From assembly GCA_937989665.1 (NCBI GenBank), contig CALKRN010000002.1, positions 29,800 to 53,799 on the forward strand: a stretch of DNA of 24,000 bases, given 5' to 3'. Position numbers and translations under genes: made by a program. This stretch comes from an uncultured Desulfomicrobiaceae bacterium. GTDB lineage: Bacteria; Desulfobacterota; Desulfovibrionia; Desulfovibrionales; Desulfomicrobiaceae. Positions 8,272 through 15,941 of the stretch are shown in pieces. Below the pieces are notes generated by a model that was given only the letters and a program-made list of their open reading frames with translations, searched no databases and was not told where the DNA came from. The stretch's first letter is position 1. Each line of letters starts with the position of its first letter.

Positions 8272-9267
8272 ATGCGGGCAGTCGTATTGGGAGCGGGGAG
8301 CTGGGGCACGGCCTTGGCCCATGTCCTTGCCCTGGGTGGAGAAGCGGTGTCTCTGTGGGGCAGGGATGCTGCCCTGATGGAGAAGATGGCCCATTTGGGG
8401 GAAAATCCTCGCTATCTTCCGGGTCGGGTCTTGGCCCCGCTGGTGCGGCCCACGGCGGATCTCGGCATGGCCCTGGCCGGGGCCGAGCTCATCGTCCTCG
8501 CCGTACCCTGCCAGAGCTTGGCCGCCTTTGTGCGCCAGCATGTGGCCCTTTTCCCCCAGGGTGTTGTTGTCGTTTGTGCCAGCAAGGGGCTCGAGCGCGG
8601 AACTTTGCGGACCATGGGGCAGATTGTGGACCAGGAAATGGCCCTCTGCGCTCCGACCTATGCCGTACTCTCTGGGCCTTCGTTTGCGGCCGATGTGCTC
8701 GCCGGCCAACCCACGGCGGTGGCCCTGGGATGTGCAGACCCTCAGGTGGGGGCCCAGGTGCAGGCGCGTTTTTCTGGCGAGACGTTTCGGGTTTACGTCA
8801 CGGAAGATGTGCGTGGCGTGGAGCTTGGAGGGGCGCTTAAAAACGTCATCGCCATCGCTGCCGGGGTGGCGGATGGCTTGGGATTTGGCGAGAACGCGCG
8901 CGCTGCACTCATTACCCGGGGATTGGCAGAGATCGCCCGCCTTGGTGAGGCCATGGGGGCAAGGCGCCAGACCTTCATGGGGCTCTCGGGGCTGGGGGAT
9001 CTCGTGCTGACGTGCACCGGAGATCAGAGCCGCAACCGTCGAGTGGGGATTGCCCTTGGTCAGGGACAGCCATTGGACGCCGTTTTGGCGGGGATGGGCG
9101 GGGTAGCCGAAGGGGTGTGGACCACAGCCGCAGTCTATGATTTGGCTCGCCGCCTGGAGGTCCCCATGCCCATCACCGAACAGATCCATGCGGTCCTCTT
9201 CCAGGGAGCAAGTCCCCTGGACGCCGTGCGCGCCCTCATGGCGCGGCCATTGCGAACAGAGGGCTAA
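8272..9267 (+). CDS. gpsA: NAD(P)H-dependent glycerol-3-phosphate dehydrogenase
   Basis: 331-aa ORF. The N-terminal Rossmann motif is MRAVVLGAGSWGTALAHVLA. GpsA motifs GALKNVIAIAAG and DLVLTCTGDQSRNRRVG are present. AGGAGG RBS upstream. Confidence 0.95.
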   Translation: MRAVVLGAGSWGTALAHVLALGGEAVSLWGRDAALMEKMAHLGENPRYLPGRVLAPLVRPTADLGMALAGAELIVLAVPCQSLAAFVRQHVALFPQGVVVVCASKGLERGTLRTMGQIVDQEMALCAPTYAVLSGPSFAADVLAGQPTAVALGCADPQVGAQVQARFSGETFRVYVTEDVRGVELGGALKNVIAIAAGVADGLGFGENARAALITRGLAEIARLGEAMGARRQTFMGLSGLGDLVLTCTGDQSRNRRVGIALGQGQPLDAVLAGMGGVAEGVWTTAAVYDLARRLEVPMPITEQIHAVLFQGASPLDAVRALMARPLRTEG

Positions 9268-9668
9268 GGCGCGGGCACTCCCCCCAGGGGCTGGACCCAG
9301 AGGGTGCGGCGCCGTGGGCCATCGAATTCCGCCAGGAAGATGCGCTGCCAGGTCCCGAGGCGCAGCTGGCCTTCATTGGCGAGGACTGTAGCGGCATGGC
9401 CTACAAGGATAGTCTTGAGGTGGGCGTCGGCATTGCCTTCGGCGTGACGGAAGGGGGCATCGGGAGGCACAAGGCGTCGCAGGTGGGCGAGGACATCAGA
9501 GGCCACATCGGGGTCAGCCCCTTCATTGACGAGGACACCCGCTGTGGTGTGCGGGCTGACGATGGCAAGCGCCGCGGCCCTCGGGGCGCGGGCAGCAACA
9601 GCCGCTACCTGGGCCGTGATGTCGATCAGCTCTTCGCGACGGGTGGTGGCAATCGTGATGGTCGTCAT
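9264..9668 (-). CDS. yjbQ: YjbQ/UPF0047 family protein (annotated in databases as secondary thiamine-phosphate synthase enzyme)
   Basis: 134-aa ORF with the family pattern REELIDITAQV...SPHTTAGVLVNEGADPDV..D....L..LVP....FRH.EGNADAHLK...G....L....G.L.LGTWQ.I.L.EFDGPR.R. ATGA overlap with the upstream kinase gene. Confidence 0.85.
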   Translation of the reverse strand: MTTITIATTRREELIDITAQVAAVAARAPRAAALAIVSPHTTAGVLVNEGADPDVASDVLAHLRRLVPPDAPFRHAEGNADAHLKTILVGHAATVLANEGQLRLGTWQRIFLAEFDGPRRRTLWVQPLGGVPAP

Positions 9669-10078
9669 AAGGGAATCTCAAGGCACAAGGCATTGCCACA
9701 AGGGTTGTAGGTGATGTTGTGCGCGAGCAAGCGAAAGATTTCATGACCACGACCGCTTTCGGCTTCTGGTTCGCTGTCTCCTCGGGAGAGCCATGCTTTC
9801 CAATCAAACCCCTGTCCTTCATCCTTGACGTAGAGAAACAAACTGCCATGCCGGCATTGGGCCCGCCACAGGACGTTTTTGGCTGGATTGCCCCTATTTC
9901 CGTGGAGGATGGCGTTGTTCAGGGCCTCGCGGGCCACAATGGCAACTTCGAAAAAGCGGTGCTCGGCCTGGTGATGGGCGAGGAGTTGGCGCAACAGTTC
10001 CACGCTTTGGTCCACGTGGACGAGTTCTGAGTTCATGGTCACTTCAATGGTGTCGTCGAAGATGGTGGCGTCGAACAT
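9665..10078 (-). CDS. RsbW/SpoIIAB-like serine kinase / anti-sigma regulatory factor (HATPase_c_2)
   Basis: 137-aa ORF with an N-box (EALNNAILHGN), a G1 box (VKDEGQGFD) and a G2-like GRGHEIF. Its size is typical of partner-switching kinases. It starts 1 nt after the stop of the upstream phosphatase gene. Confidence 0.75.
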   Translation of the reverse strand: MFDATIFDDTIEVTMNSELVHVDQSVELLRQLLAHHQAEHRFFEVAIVAREALNNAILHGNRGNPAKNVLWRAQCRHGSLFLYVKDEGQGFDWKAWLSRGDSEPEAESGRGHEIFRLLAHNITYNPCGNALCLEIPL

Positions 10079-10079
10079 C

Positions 10080-11201
10080 TTACACCTCGATGCCCAGGAG
10101 GACGGCGTCGTCTTCAGTAGGGCCTTTGTGGGCGGTGATGGTGGTATGGATGGCCTCTACAGCATCGGCAAGGGGCACATGGCTCACCGAACGAATGGCA
10201 GCCCACAACCGGGCGATGCCTTGATCCCGGGTGAAGGGGGAAGCGCCAAAGCCTTCGATGAGACCATCGGTATACAAAAAGATGCGGTCTCCAGGGTGCA
10301 GAGGGAGGGTGACTGGGGTCCAGAGGGCAGTTTCGAAGACCCCAAGGATGTCACCCTCGGCCTCCACGAGCTCGAGGGTGCCATTGGTGCGGGCGAGGAT
10401 AGGCGGTGGATGGCCAGCGTTGACGATATGGGCGCACCCTTGGACGCGGTTGAGGCGCGCCATGGCGAGGGTGGCGTGGGCGCCGTCCGTGAGGATGCGG
10501 GTGAGCACGCGGTTGGTCATGGCCAGGCTTTCTTCGGGGGCAGTGGCGGCATTGACGTTTTGCCGCAGGAGGGCGGTGAGGGCGGAGGTCAGGAACCCAG
10601 CACTGAGGTCATGGCCACTGACATCGGCGACGATATAGTCGTAAATCCCTATCCCGGTGGCGAGCACATCATAGATGTCGCCGCCAGCCTCCAGTACCGG
10701 GGCAAAATGGACGCCGAACTTGGCTTCGGGCAGGTCGTGAGGGCGAACGAGGAGCGATTGTTGGGCCGCCTGAATCTGGCTAAGGCGTTGGGCCTGTGCC
10801 TCAACGAGGGCCCGGTGGGTGAGGCGTAAGCGGAGATGGACTTTGACCCGAGCCAAGACCTCGGCTTTTTCAAAGGGCTTGGAGATGAAGTCCACCCCGC
10901 CGCACTCAAGACCATGGACACGGCTGGCGGTATCGGTGAGGGCGGAGATGAAAATGACCGGGATGTCCGCCGTTTGGGGATTATCCTTGAGGTATTGGCA
11001 GGTCAGGTAGCCGGTTTCCTCCGGCATCATGACATCGAGGAGGATGAGGTCCACCGGGTGGAGCGCTGCTAGCTCCCTTGCCTGGGGGCCGGATTGGGCC
11101 GTAAGGGTGGCAAAACCGTTGCGTCGGAGCATCGATTCTAAGATCCGGGCATTGAGGGACTCATCGTCCACAATAAGGATAAGCGGGGTACGCTGGTCCA
11201 C
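10080..11201 (-). CDS. response regulator receiver domain fused to a PP2C/SpoIIE serine phosphatase (RsbU-like)
   Basis: 373-aa ORF. The REC domain shows LILIVDDE...LILLDVMMPEETG...PVIFISA. The SpoIIE domain shows GGDIYDV, ADVSGHDLSAG and LYTDGLIE. GTG start at 11201 with GAGGAG 5 nt upstream. Confidence 0.9.
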   Translation of the reverse strand: MDQRTPLILIVDDESLNARILESMLRRNGFATLTAQSGPQARELAALHPVDLILLDVMMPEETGYLTCQYLKDNPQTADIPVIFISALTDTASRVHGLECGGVDFISKPFEKAEVLARVKVHLRLRLTHRALVEAQAQRLSQIQAAQQSLLVRPHDLPEAKFGVHFAPVLEAGGDIYDVLATGIGIYDYIVADVSGHDLSAGFLTSALTALLRQNVNAATAPEESLAMTNRVLTRILTDGAHATLAMARLNRVQGCAHIVNAGHPPPILARTNGTLELVEAEGDILGVFETALWTPVTLPLHPGDRIFLYTDGLIEGFGASPFTRDQGIARLWAAIRSVSHVPLADAVEAIHTTITAHKGPTEDDAVLLGIEV

Positions 11202-11312
11202 GGCAACTCCTCATACCAAAATGGCATAGCGGGTTTTGGATGGGATGCAAGAGGGATTCGAGCTCGACGCAGCGCGGAGGGTCCGATAGCGCGCTGGGCA
11301 AAGCGGAGGACA

Positions 11313-12125
11313 ATGATGATAGACCTCTTCCAAGTGTATGAGGAGCTTGCCCCGTCGTTGGGCGAGGCAAGTGCCCGTATCCTGACAAAGACCTTGTCGC
11401 GCATCTACGACGATGTGCGCCAGATGGCCACGAAAACAGAGTTTCGCGAGCTCACCGCGGTTGTGGGGCAGCTTGCAGATGCCCAAAAAGGGCTTGCCGA
11501 GGCGCAGAAGCGCACAGAGGAGCGGCTTGATTCTTTGGCCCTGCGGATGGAGGAGCTTGCCGAGGCGCAGAAGCGCACAGAGGAGCGGCTTGATTCTTTG
11601 GCCCTGCGGGTGGAGGAGCTTGCCGAGGCGCAGAAGCGCACAGAGGCGCGGCTTGATTCTTTGGCCCTGCGGGTGGAGGAGCTTGCCGAGGCGCAGAAGC
11701 GCACCGAAGATGCCATTTTTATGCTGACCAAACGGGTGGATCGTTTGGAGGAGCGCGTGGAAGGCATCTCGCATTCCGTGGGGTATTCCCTTGAGAACAG
11801 TGCCTATAAGGCCTTGCCAGCACTCCTAGCGGCCCGTGGCATTGAGGTCCAAGGGCGGCTGGTTCGGCGCTATCTCGGCGAGTACCAGGTCAATATTTTT
11901 GGTCAGGGAGTGCATGCAGGTGCGCCCGTGACCATCCTCGGCGAGTGCAAAGTCCGTCCCTCACGCAAAGAGGTGGACCGTTTTCTCAAGGTCATCGCGC
12001 GGCTCGAGGCCGAGGGTCTGGTGTCGGCCCCGCGCGTCCTCCTGGTGGGGCATGATTTCCACCCTACGGTGGAGCGCTATCTCGAAGAAAAAGGTGTCCT
12101 GTGGTTCTGGTCCTATGAGTTATAG
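11313..12125 (+). CDS. hypothetical protein: N-terminal coiled coil with 21-aa repeats plus a C-terminal restriction-endonuclease-like (PD-(D/E)xK-type) fold domain
   Basis: 270-aa ORF with a GGAGG RBS. Residues 61-131 are LAEAQKRTEERLDSLALR[MV]EE repeats. Residues ~150-270 read as alpha-beta-beta-beta-alpha-beta, with YQVNIFGQG followed by ILGECKV (ExK). From memory it resembles the uncharacterised DUF3782-type proteins of thermophiles. This was not verified. Confidence 0.8.
   Translation: MMIDLFQVYEELAPSLGEASARILTKTLSRIYDDVRQMATKTEFRELTAVVGQLADAQKGLAEAQKRTEERLDSLALRMEELAEAQKRTEERLDSLALRVEELAEAQKRTEARLDSLALRVEELAEAQKRTEDAIFMLTKRVDRLEERVEGISHSVGYSLENSAYKALPALLAARGIEVQGRLVRRYLGEYQVNIFGQGVHAGAPVTILGECKVRPSRKEVDRFLKVIARLEAEGLVSAPRVLLVGHDFHPTVERYLEEKGVLWFWSYEL
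11493..11704 (+). repeat. 63-bp tandem repeat, 3 full copies plus a 23-bp partial copy, in frame within the CDS
   Basis: Units start at 11493, 11556, 11619 and 11682. I see only two substitutions among the three full units (A/G at the Met/Val codon, A/C at the Glu/Ala codon). A diverged partial unit precedes them at 11472-11492. Confidence 0.95.
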
Positions 12126-12159
12126 CTGTTTTGGGCACAATGTCCCATGCTTGCTGTGG

Positions 12160-12188
12160 CTTCGGGCTTGCCGAAGGCTGTACTTTTT
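12160..12188 (+). terminator. possible weak terminator hairpin after the coiled-coil gene
   Basis: CTTCGG-gcttg-CCGAAG (6-bp stem, 12160-12176), then TTTTT at 12184-12188. The T-run is not directly adjacent to the stem, so confidence is low. Confidence 0.3.
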
Positions 12189-12202
12189 GCCAGAAAGCCC
12201 CC

Positions 12203-12682
12203 ATGCGCATCTCCGCCCGTACCCGCTATGCCACCCGGATTTTACTTGATCTGGCAGAACACGCCACCTCAGGCCCGGTGCCTGTGTCGGATGTGGCGCT
12301 CCGCACCGGGATTACGCCCCAGTTCATCGAACAGATCATGAAGGCCCTGCGCCGCTGCGGTCTTGTCATGAGCCGGCGGGGGGTGGCGGGGGGGTATGTC
12401 TTGGCTGCGGATCCGACCTCCATCTCCCTCGGGGCGATCGTGCGTTGTACTGAGGAAATTCAAGACCTTGCCCCATGCGTGGATGAGCCGGATCGCTGCC
12501 ACCGTGCCCAGGGGTGTCGAACCCGGCAGGCCTGGCGGCGGATCGCTCGAATCCTCTTTGCGGAGCTTGATGCCATCTCGCTGCACGATCTCTTATCAGG
12601 CGAGGTGCAACGATGTCCCGGAGCGAGCGGACCGTTGGATGCTGATGAAGATGACGAAGACGAGCAGGAGAGGGGATGGTGA
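12203..12682 (+). CDS. Rrf2-family transcriptional regulator with a putative Fe-S cluster Cys triad and an acidic C-terminal tail
   Basis: ORF track 12131..12682. I trim to the ATG at 12203 (MRISARTRYATRILLDLAEH), the canonical Rrf2 N-terminus. The wHTH region follows (VSDVALRTGITPQFIEQIMKALRRCGLVMSRRGVAGGY). The Cys pattern is C-x7-C-x5-C (CVDEPDRCHRAQGC). The tail is DADEDDEDEQERGW. Confidence 0.85.
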   Translation: MRISARTRYATRILLDLAEHATSGPVPVSDVALRTGITPQFIEQIMKALRRCGLVMSRRGVAGGYVLAADPTSISLGAIVRCTEEIQDLAPCVDEPDRCHRAQGCRTRQAWRRIARILFAELDAISLHDLLSGEVQRCPGASGPLDADEDDEDEQERGW

Positions 12683-13854
12683 GTTTGCTGCCGCAGGGAT
12701 TTCGTCTTGGTGTGGCTGCTTGTGGTTTCCGTCGTCCGGATCGGTGGGATCTCGCCTTGATCGTGACGGATGCCCCGTCTGTGGCTGCGGGCGTGTTCAC
12801 CACAAACCGCTTTCAAGCGGCCCCGGTGCTTGTGGCCCGCGAGCACCTTGCCGCCAACCCTCGGGGAATGCGCGCCATCCTCGTCAACTCGGGTCAGGCC
12901 AATGCCTGCACAGGAGATGAGGGCTTACGCCGCTGCCGGGCCACGCTGGACCTCCTTGCCCCGGCCGGGATTGCCCCCCACGAGGTCTTGCCTGCCTCGA
13001 CAGGGGTTATCGGAGACCATCTGCCACTTGATCGCTGGCCAGCCGGGATAGCGGCCGCCCTCGCGAGCCTGGGACAGGTGCCCCTCGTGGACGCGGCGCG
13101 GGCCATCATGACTACCGACACCTTTCCCAAGGTGGCCACGGCCGAAGTGGCAGTGGATGGTCAGGTCATCCGACTTGCCGGGATAGCCAAAGGTGCAGGC
13201 ATGATCTGCCCCAACATGGCCACCATGCTGGGGTTTATCCTTTGTGATGCCACCGTAGAGCCTGCGTGGTGGCAGGCGGCCTTGCGCCGGGCGGTGGATG
13301 GGAGCTTCAATGCCATTACGGTGGATGGGGATACCAGCACCAATGATTGTGTCCTGGCCTTGGCCAGTGGCATGGTGCCGGTGCCGCAGGCAGCACTCCC
13401 TCAGCTGGAAGCCGCCTTGGGAGATGTTTGCCAAGAACTCGCCTTCCAAATTGTCCAAGACGCCGAGGGTGGGACGAAGGTCCTGCGCATTCAGGTAGGT
13501 GGCGCGGTCAGTCCATCGGATGCCCAGGCCGTTGCCCGTGCGGTAGGCAATTCCCCCCTCGTGAAGACTGCCCTCTACGGTCGGGACCCCAACTGGGGGC
13601 GGATCGTGGCGGCGGTGGGCCGCAGCGGCGCCCAATTTCGGCCTGAAGACGTGACGGTGGCCTTGGCCGGACACACGGTATTTGCGGGTGGTCTCCCCGT
13701 CCCCGGCGATTGGGATGGCTTGCTCGCCTCGGCCTTGCGGCGGGACGAAATCTCCATTGCCATCCATTTGGGCGCGGGAACAGCTGGCTGCGAACTCTTG
13801 GCCTCGGATTTGACCGAGAAATACATCCGCATCAATGCGCGCTACCGAACCTGA
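12676..13854 (+). CDS. argJ: bifunctional glutamate N-acetyltransferase / amino-acid acetyltransferase (ornithine acetyltransferase)
   Basis: 392-aa ORF. ArgJ-like throughout, including the self-cleavage site PNMATMLGFI and the C-terminal YIRINARYRT. The ATG overlaps the rrf2 stop (ATGGTGA, 7-nt overlap). Confidence 0.95.
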   Translation: MVSLLPQGFRLGVAACGFRRPDRWDLALIVTDAPSVAAGVFTTNRFQAAPVLVAREHLAANPRGMRAILVNSGQANACTGDEGLRRCRATLDLLAPAGIAPHEVLPASTGVIGDHLPLDRWPAGIAAALASLGQVPLVDAARAIMTTDTFPKVATAEVAVDGQVIRLAGIAKGAGMICPNMATMLGFILCDATVEPAWWQAALRRAVDGSFNAITVDGDTSTNDCVLALASGMVPVPQAALPQLEAALGDVCQELAFQIVQDAEGGTKVLRIQVGGAVSPSDAQAVARAVGNSPLVKTALYGRDPNWGRIVAAVGRSGAQFRPEDVTVALAGHTVFAGGLPVPGDWDGLLASALRRDEISIAIHLGAGTAGCELLASDLTEKYIRINARYRT

Positions 13855-14467
13855 AGCCTCGGTACAGGGGACGACAACGTCCCACGTCTGGGAACGTCTC
13901 GCGGACCTGATTTTCGAGCTCGGCATGCTCCGCAAGACCCCGCGCACGGGGTACCAGTTCCTTGGCTCTGGGGCCGAGAATGTGGCGGAGCACTCTTTCC
14001 GAACTGCAATGATCGGCCTGATCCTGGCCCGGCAGGCAGGTGCTGACGTTGCCCGCACTGTCCTTTTGTGCTTGTTCCACGACCTCCATGAGGCTCGGGT
14101 GGGGGATTTCAATTACGTCAACCGTCTCTACAACACGACAAATGCCGAGGCCGCCTTGCGGGATGCCTTACGTGGCACGGGCCTCGAGGACGAAGGCGTG
14201 GGGCTGTGGCGGGAGCTTGAGGCTGCCGCCACCCTCGAAGCTCGTTTGGCCCATGACGCGGACCAATTGGATTTTATCGCCAACCTCAAAGAAGAACAGG
14301 ACCGAGGTAACCCGTATGCGGCCACCTGGCTCAAGCATGCCATCCCTCGGTTGCGCACCGAGATTGGCCAAAGCCTCGCTCAGGCCATCTTGGCAACCGA
14401 TCACACCCGCTGGTGGTTTGCCGGTCCTGATGTCTCGTGGTGGCGCCGGGGCAATGGCCGAAAATAG
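13835..14467 (+). CDS. HD-domain phosphohydrolase (YfbR/HD_3-like)
   Basis: 210-aa ORF with LRKTPRTGYQFLG..ENVAEHSFRTAMIG...LFHDLHEARVGDF (H...HD...D metal ligands). It overlaps the argJ 3' end by 20 nt. Confidence 0.8.
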   Translation: MRATEPEASVQGTTTSHVWERLADLIFELGMLRKTPRTGYQFLGSGAENVAEHSFRTAMIGLILARQAGADVARTVLLCLFHDLHEARVGDFNYVNRLYNTTNAEAALRDALRGTGLEDEGVGLWRELEAAATLEARLAHDADQLDFIANLKEEQDRGNPYAATWLKHAIPRLRTEIGQSLAQAILATDHTRWWFAGPDVSWWRRGNGRK

Positions 14468-14969
14468 GCGGCTTTGGGCAGGCAGTATCTTGCTTTCCCT
14501 CCTATTCCATCTCGCCCCGTGGTTGCCCTGGTCGTGGGGAGGATGGTGGGGGCAACGCACGTGGGAGCCCGCTGGGTCCTCGTGGCGTGAGTCCCTTGCT
14601 GGGGCCGCTCATGGCCGGCATCGAATGCTCATAGCCGATGTTGTTTGGGGAGCACCCAAGGCAACACCTATCCGAACGAGCACCACGCAGTCAGAAGTGC
14701 AGACCGAGCGGTTGCGGGTGATCCAGAGGGTGGTTCGCCTGGCGTGGAATGAGGCGAGTCCTCCCACTCCAGGACGGGCCATCGTCGCCTTGCGGGTGGG
14801 TGAAGATGGTCGGATCCACGAATATGCCATCCAGCGCCTCGCCGGGGATGCGGCCTTTGAGCGCTTTCTCGTGGGCTTTGTGCGCTCCCTGCTGGTTCTC
14901 CATACCGTTGCCGGGCCTGGGGAGGCCCTGTGGGTGGAGTGTGAGTTTGTGGTGGAACCATCCCGCTGA
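14454..14969 (+). CDS. TonB-family C-terminal domain protein (membrane-anchored)
   Basis: This is the downstream part of track ORF 14040..14969. The ATG at 14454 gives MAENRRLWAGSILLSLLFHL (a TonB-like anchor helix). The C-terminus is TonB_C-like: ALRVGEDGRIHEYAIQRLAGDAAFERFLVGFVRSL. No Pro-rich spacer is present. It overlaps the HD gene by 14 nt. Confidence 0.55.
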   Translation: MAENRRLWAGSILLSLLFHLAPWLPWSWGGWWGQRTWEPAGSSWRESLAGAAHGRHRMLIADVVWGAPKATPIRTSTTQSEVQTERLRVIQRVVRLAWNEASPPTPGRAIVALRVGEDGRIHEYAIQRLAGDAAFERFLVGFVRSLLVLHTVAGPGEALWVECEFVVEPSR

Positions 14970-15176
14970 GCCGTGGATGCCGTATCCCCAGCGCAGGCAT
15001 CTCGTCTTCGCTGCAGGTTCCCGAAGAGCAGGTGGTCTTCTCGGTGCCTTGCATTCTTTTCCCAAAGGTCGATTGCCAGGAAGAGCGAAGATGCTCGAAG
15101 ACGCACATTGGCCCTTGAAATGGTCTGCCCATGGCTGGGTTTAGCATGAGCACTTCCATGGAATCCTGGAGGCCCT

Positions 15177-15737
15177 ATGCGCATCGCCGTGCTTTCCGAT
15201 ACCCATCTCAGCGAGCCTGATGACCAGTTGCTCGCCCTTTTCCGCTCCCATCTGGAGACTGCGGACCTGGTGCTCCATCTTGGCGACCACGTGGGATGGG
15301 CGGTGTGGGAGTTCTTCAACGCCCATCCCCGGTTTGTCGCCGTGGCAGGCAATTGTGACCACCCAGCGCTTCAGGCGCAGTTGCCGCGCCTGCGGCAGGT
15401 CGAAGTTGGGGCGCATCGCATCGGTATGGCCCATGGCTGGGGGGCTCGTGCGCAGGTGGGGGCCACGGTGGCCGCCCAGTTTCCTGACGCCACCATCATT
15501 GTCTACGGGCATACCCACAAGCGCCATTGGCAGCGTTTGGCCGATGGCCGGTTTCTCCTCAACCCCGGCTCTCTTTTTTGGCCGCGGGACGAGCATCCTG
15601 GCGGTCTGGCCTTCCTTTGCTTTGATGGTCCAGAGCCTTCCGTCCAATGGGTGAATGTGGACCAGCCCTTGTCCGCTCACTGCCCGGCACGATGCTCCCC
15701 AAAAATGGAGCAGGGAAGCGGCCAGGTAGTTGCGTGA
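15177..15737 (+). CDS. metallophosphoesterase (YfcE/MJ0936-type phosphodiesterase)
   Basis: 186-aa ORF with the motifs MRIAVLSDTHL, HLGD, AGNCD and YGHTH. GGAGG lies 5 nt upstream. Confidence 0.85.
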   Translation: MRIAVLSDTHLSEPDDQLLALFRSHLETADLVLHLGDHVGWAVWEFFNAHPRFVAVAGNCDHPALQAQLPRLRQVEVGAHRIGMAHGWGARAQVGATVAAQFPDATIIVYGHTHKRHWQRLADGRFLLNPGSLFWPRDEHPGGLAFLCFDGPEPSVQWVNVDQPLSAHCPARCSPKMEQGSGQVVA

Positions 15738-15941
15738 AGCCCGGCGTGTCGTTCCTCACCGCATGGGGGGAAGGACGCGCGCACGCATGCCGATGGTCGT
15801 CGTTCGCTAGAACAGCCTGTCTCCTTTTGGGCACCAGAGGGCCTTTCCGCCAGCAGGGGTGAGAGGCAACGCTTCGTCTCGTGGCCAAGGCCTTTGCCCT
15901 CGGACGATATCCTCAGATGGGGGGCATGGCCTCCCCGTGGG

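Noticed and set aside
11493-11704. Possible CRISPR array or minisatellite outside genes.
   Set aside because: The repeats are directly contiguous with no spacers. They are in frame within a CDS and encode a coiled coil. No cas genes are present in the window.
11211-11774. A minus-strand 187-aa ORF with striking internal repeats (LLRLGKLLHPQGQRIKP x3), together with other repeat-bearing ORFs at 11405-11767 and 11413-11727.
   Set aside because: These are alternative-frame and antisense readings of the same 63-bp tandem repeat. Only the plus-strand frame starting at 11313 has an RBS, a heptad-compatible sequence and a folded C-terminal domain.
12131-12202. An in-frame Cys-rich N-terminal extension of the Rrf2 regulator (MSHACCGFGLAEGCTFCQKAP).
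   Set aside because: Rrf2 proteins normally start at the MRIS/MKLS helix found at 12203. The extension has no RBS and overlaps a hairpin plus T-run that looks like the upstream gene's terminator. It remains possible, but I consider it unlikely.
14040-14453. The upstream 138 codons of track ORF 14040-14969.
   Set aside because: This part overlaps the well-supported HD hydrolase gene in another frame and is Pro/Ser/Arg-rich. The TonB-like protein begins with its anchor helix at the ATG at 14454.
15021-15060. An imperfect hairpin (CCGAAGA...TCTTCTCGG) followed by a distant T-run after the TonB-like gene, as a terminator. Also small hairpins in the convergent gap at 15738-15941.
   Set aside because: The stems are short or bulged, and the T-runs are absent or not adjacent. 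I cannot support them as terminators from sequence alone.
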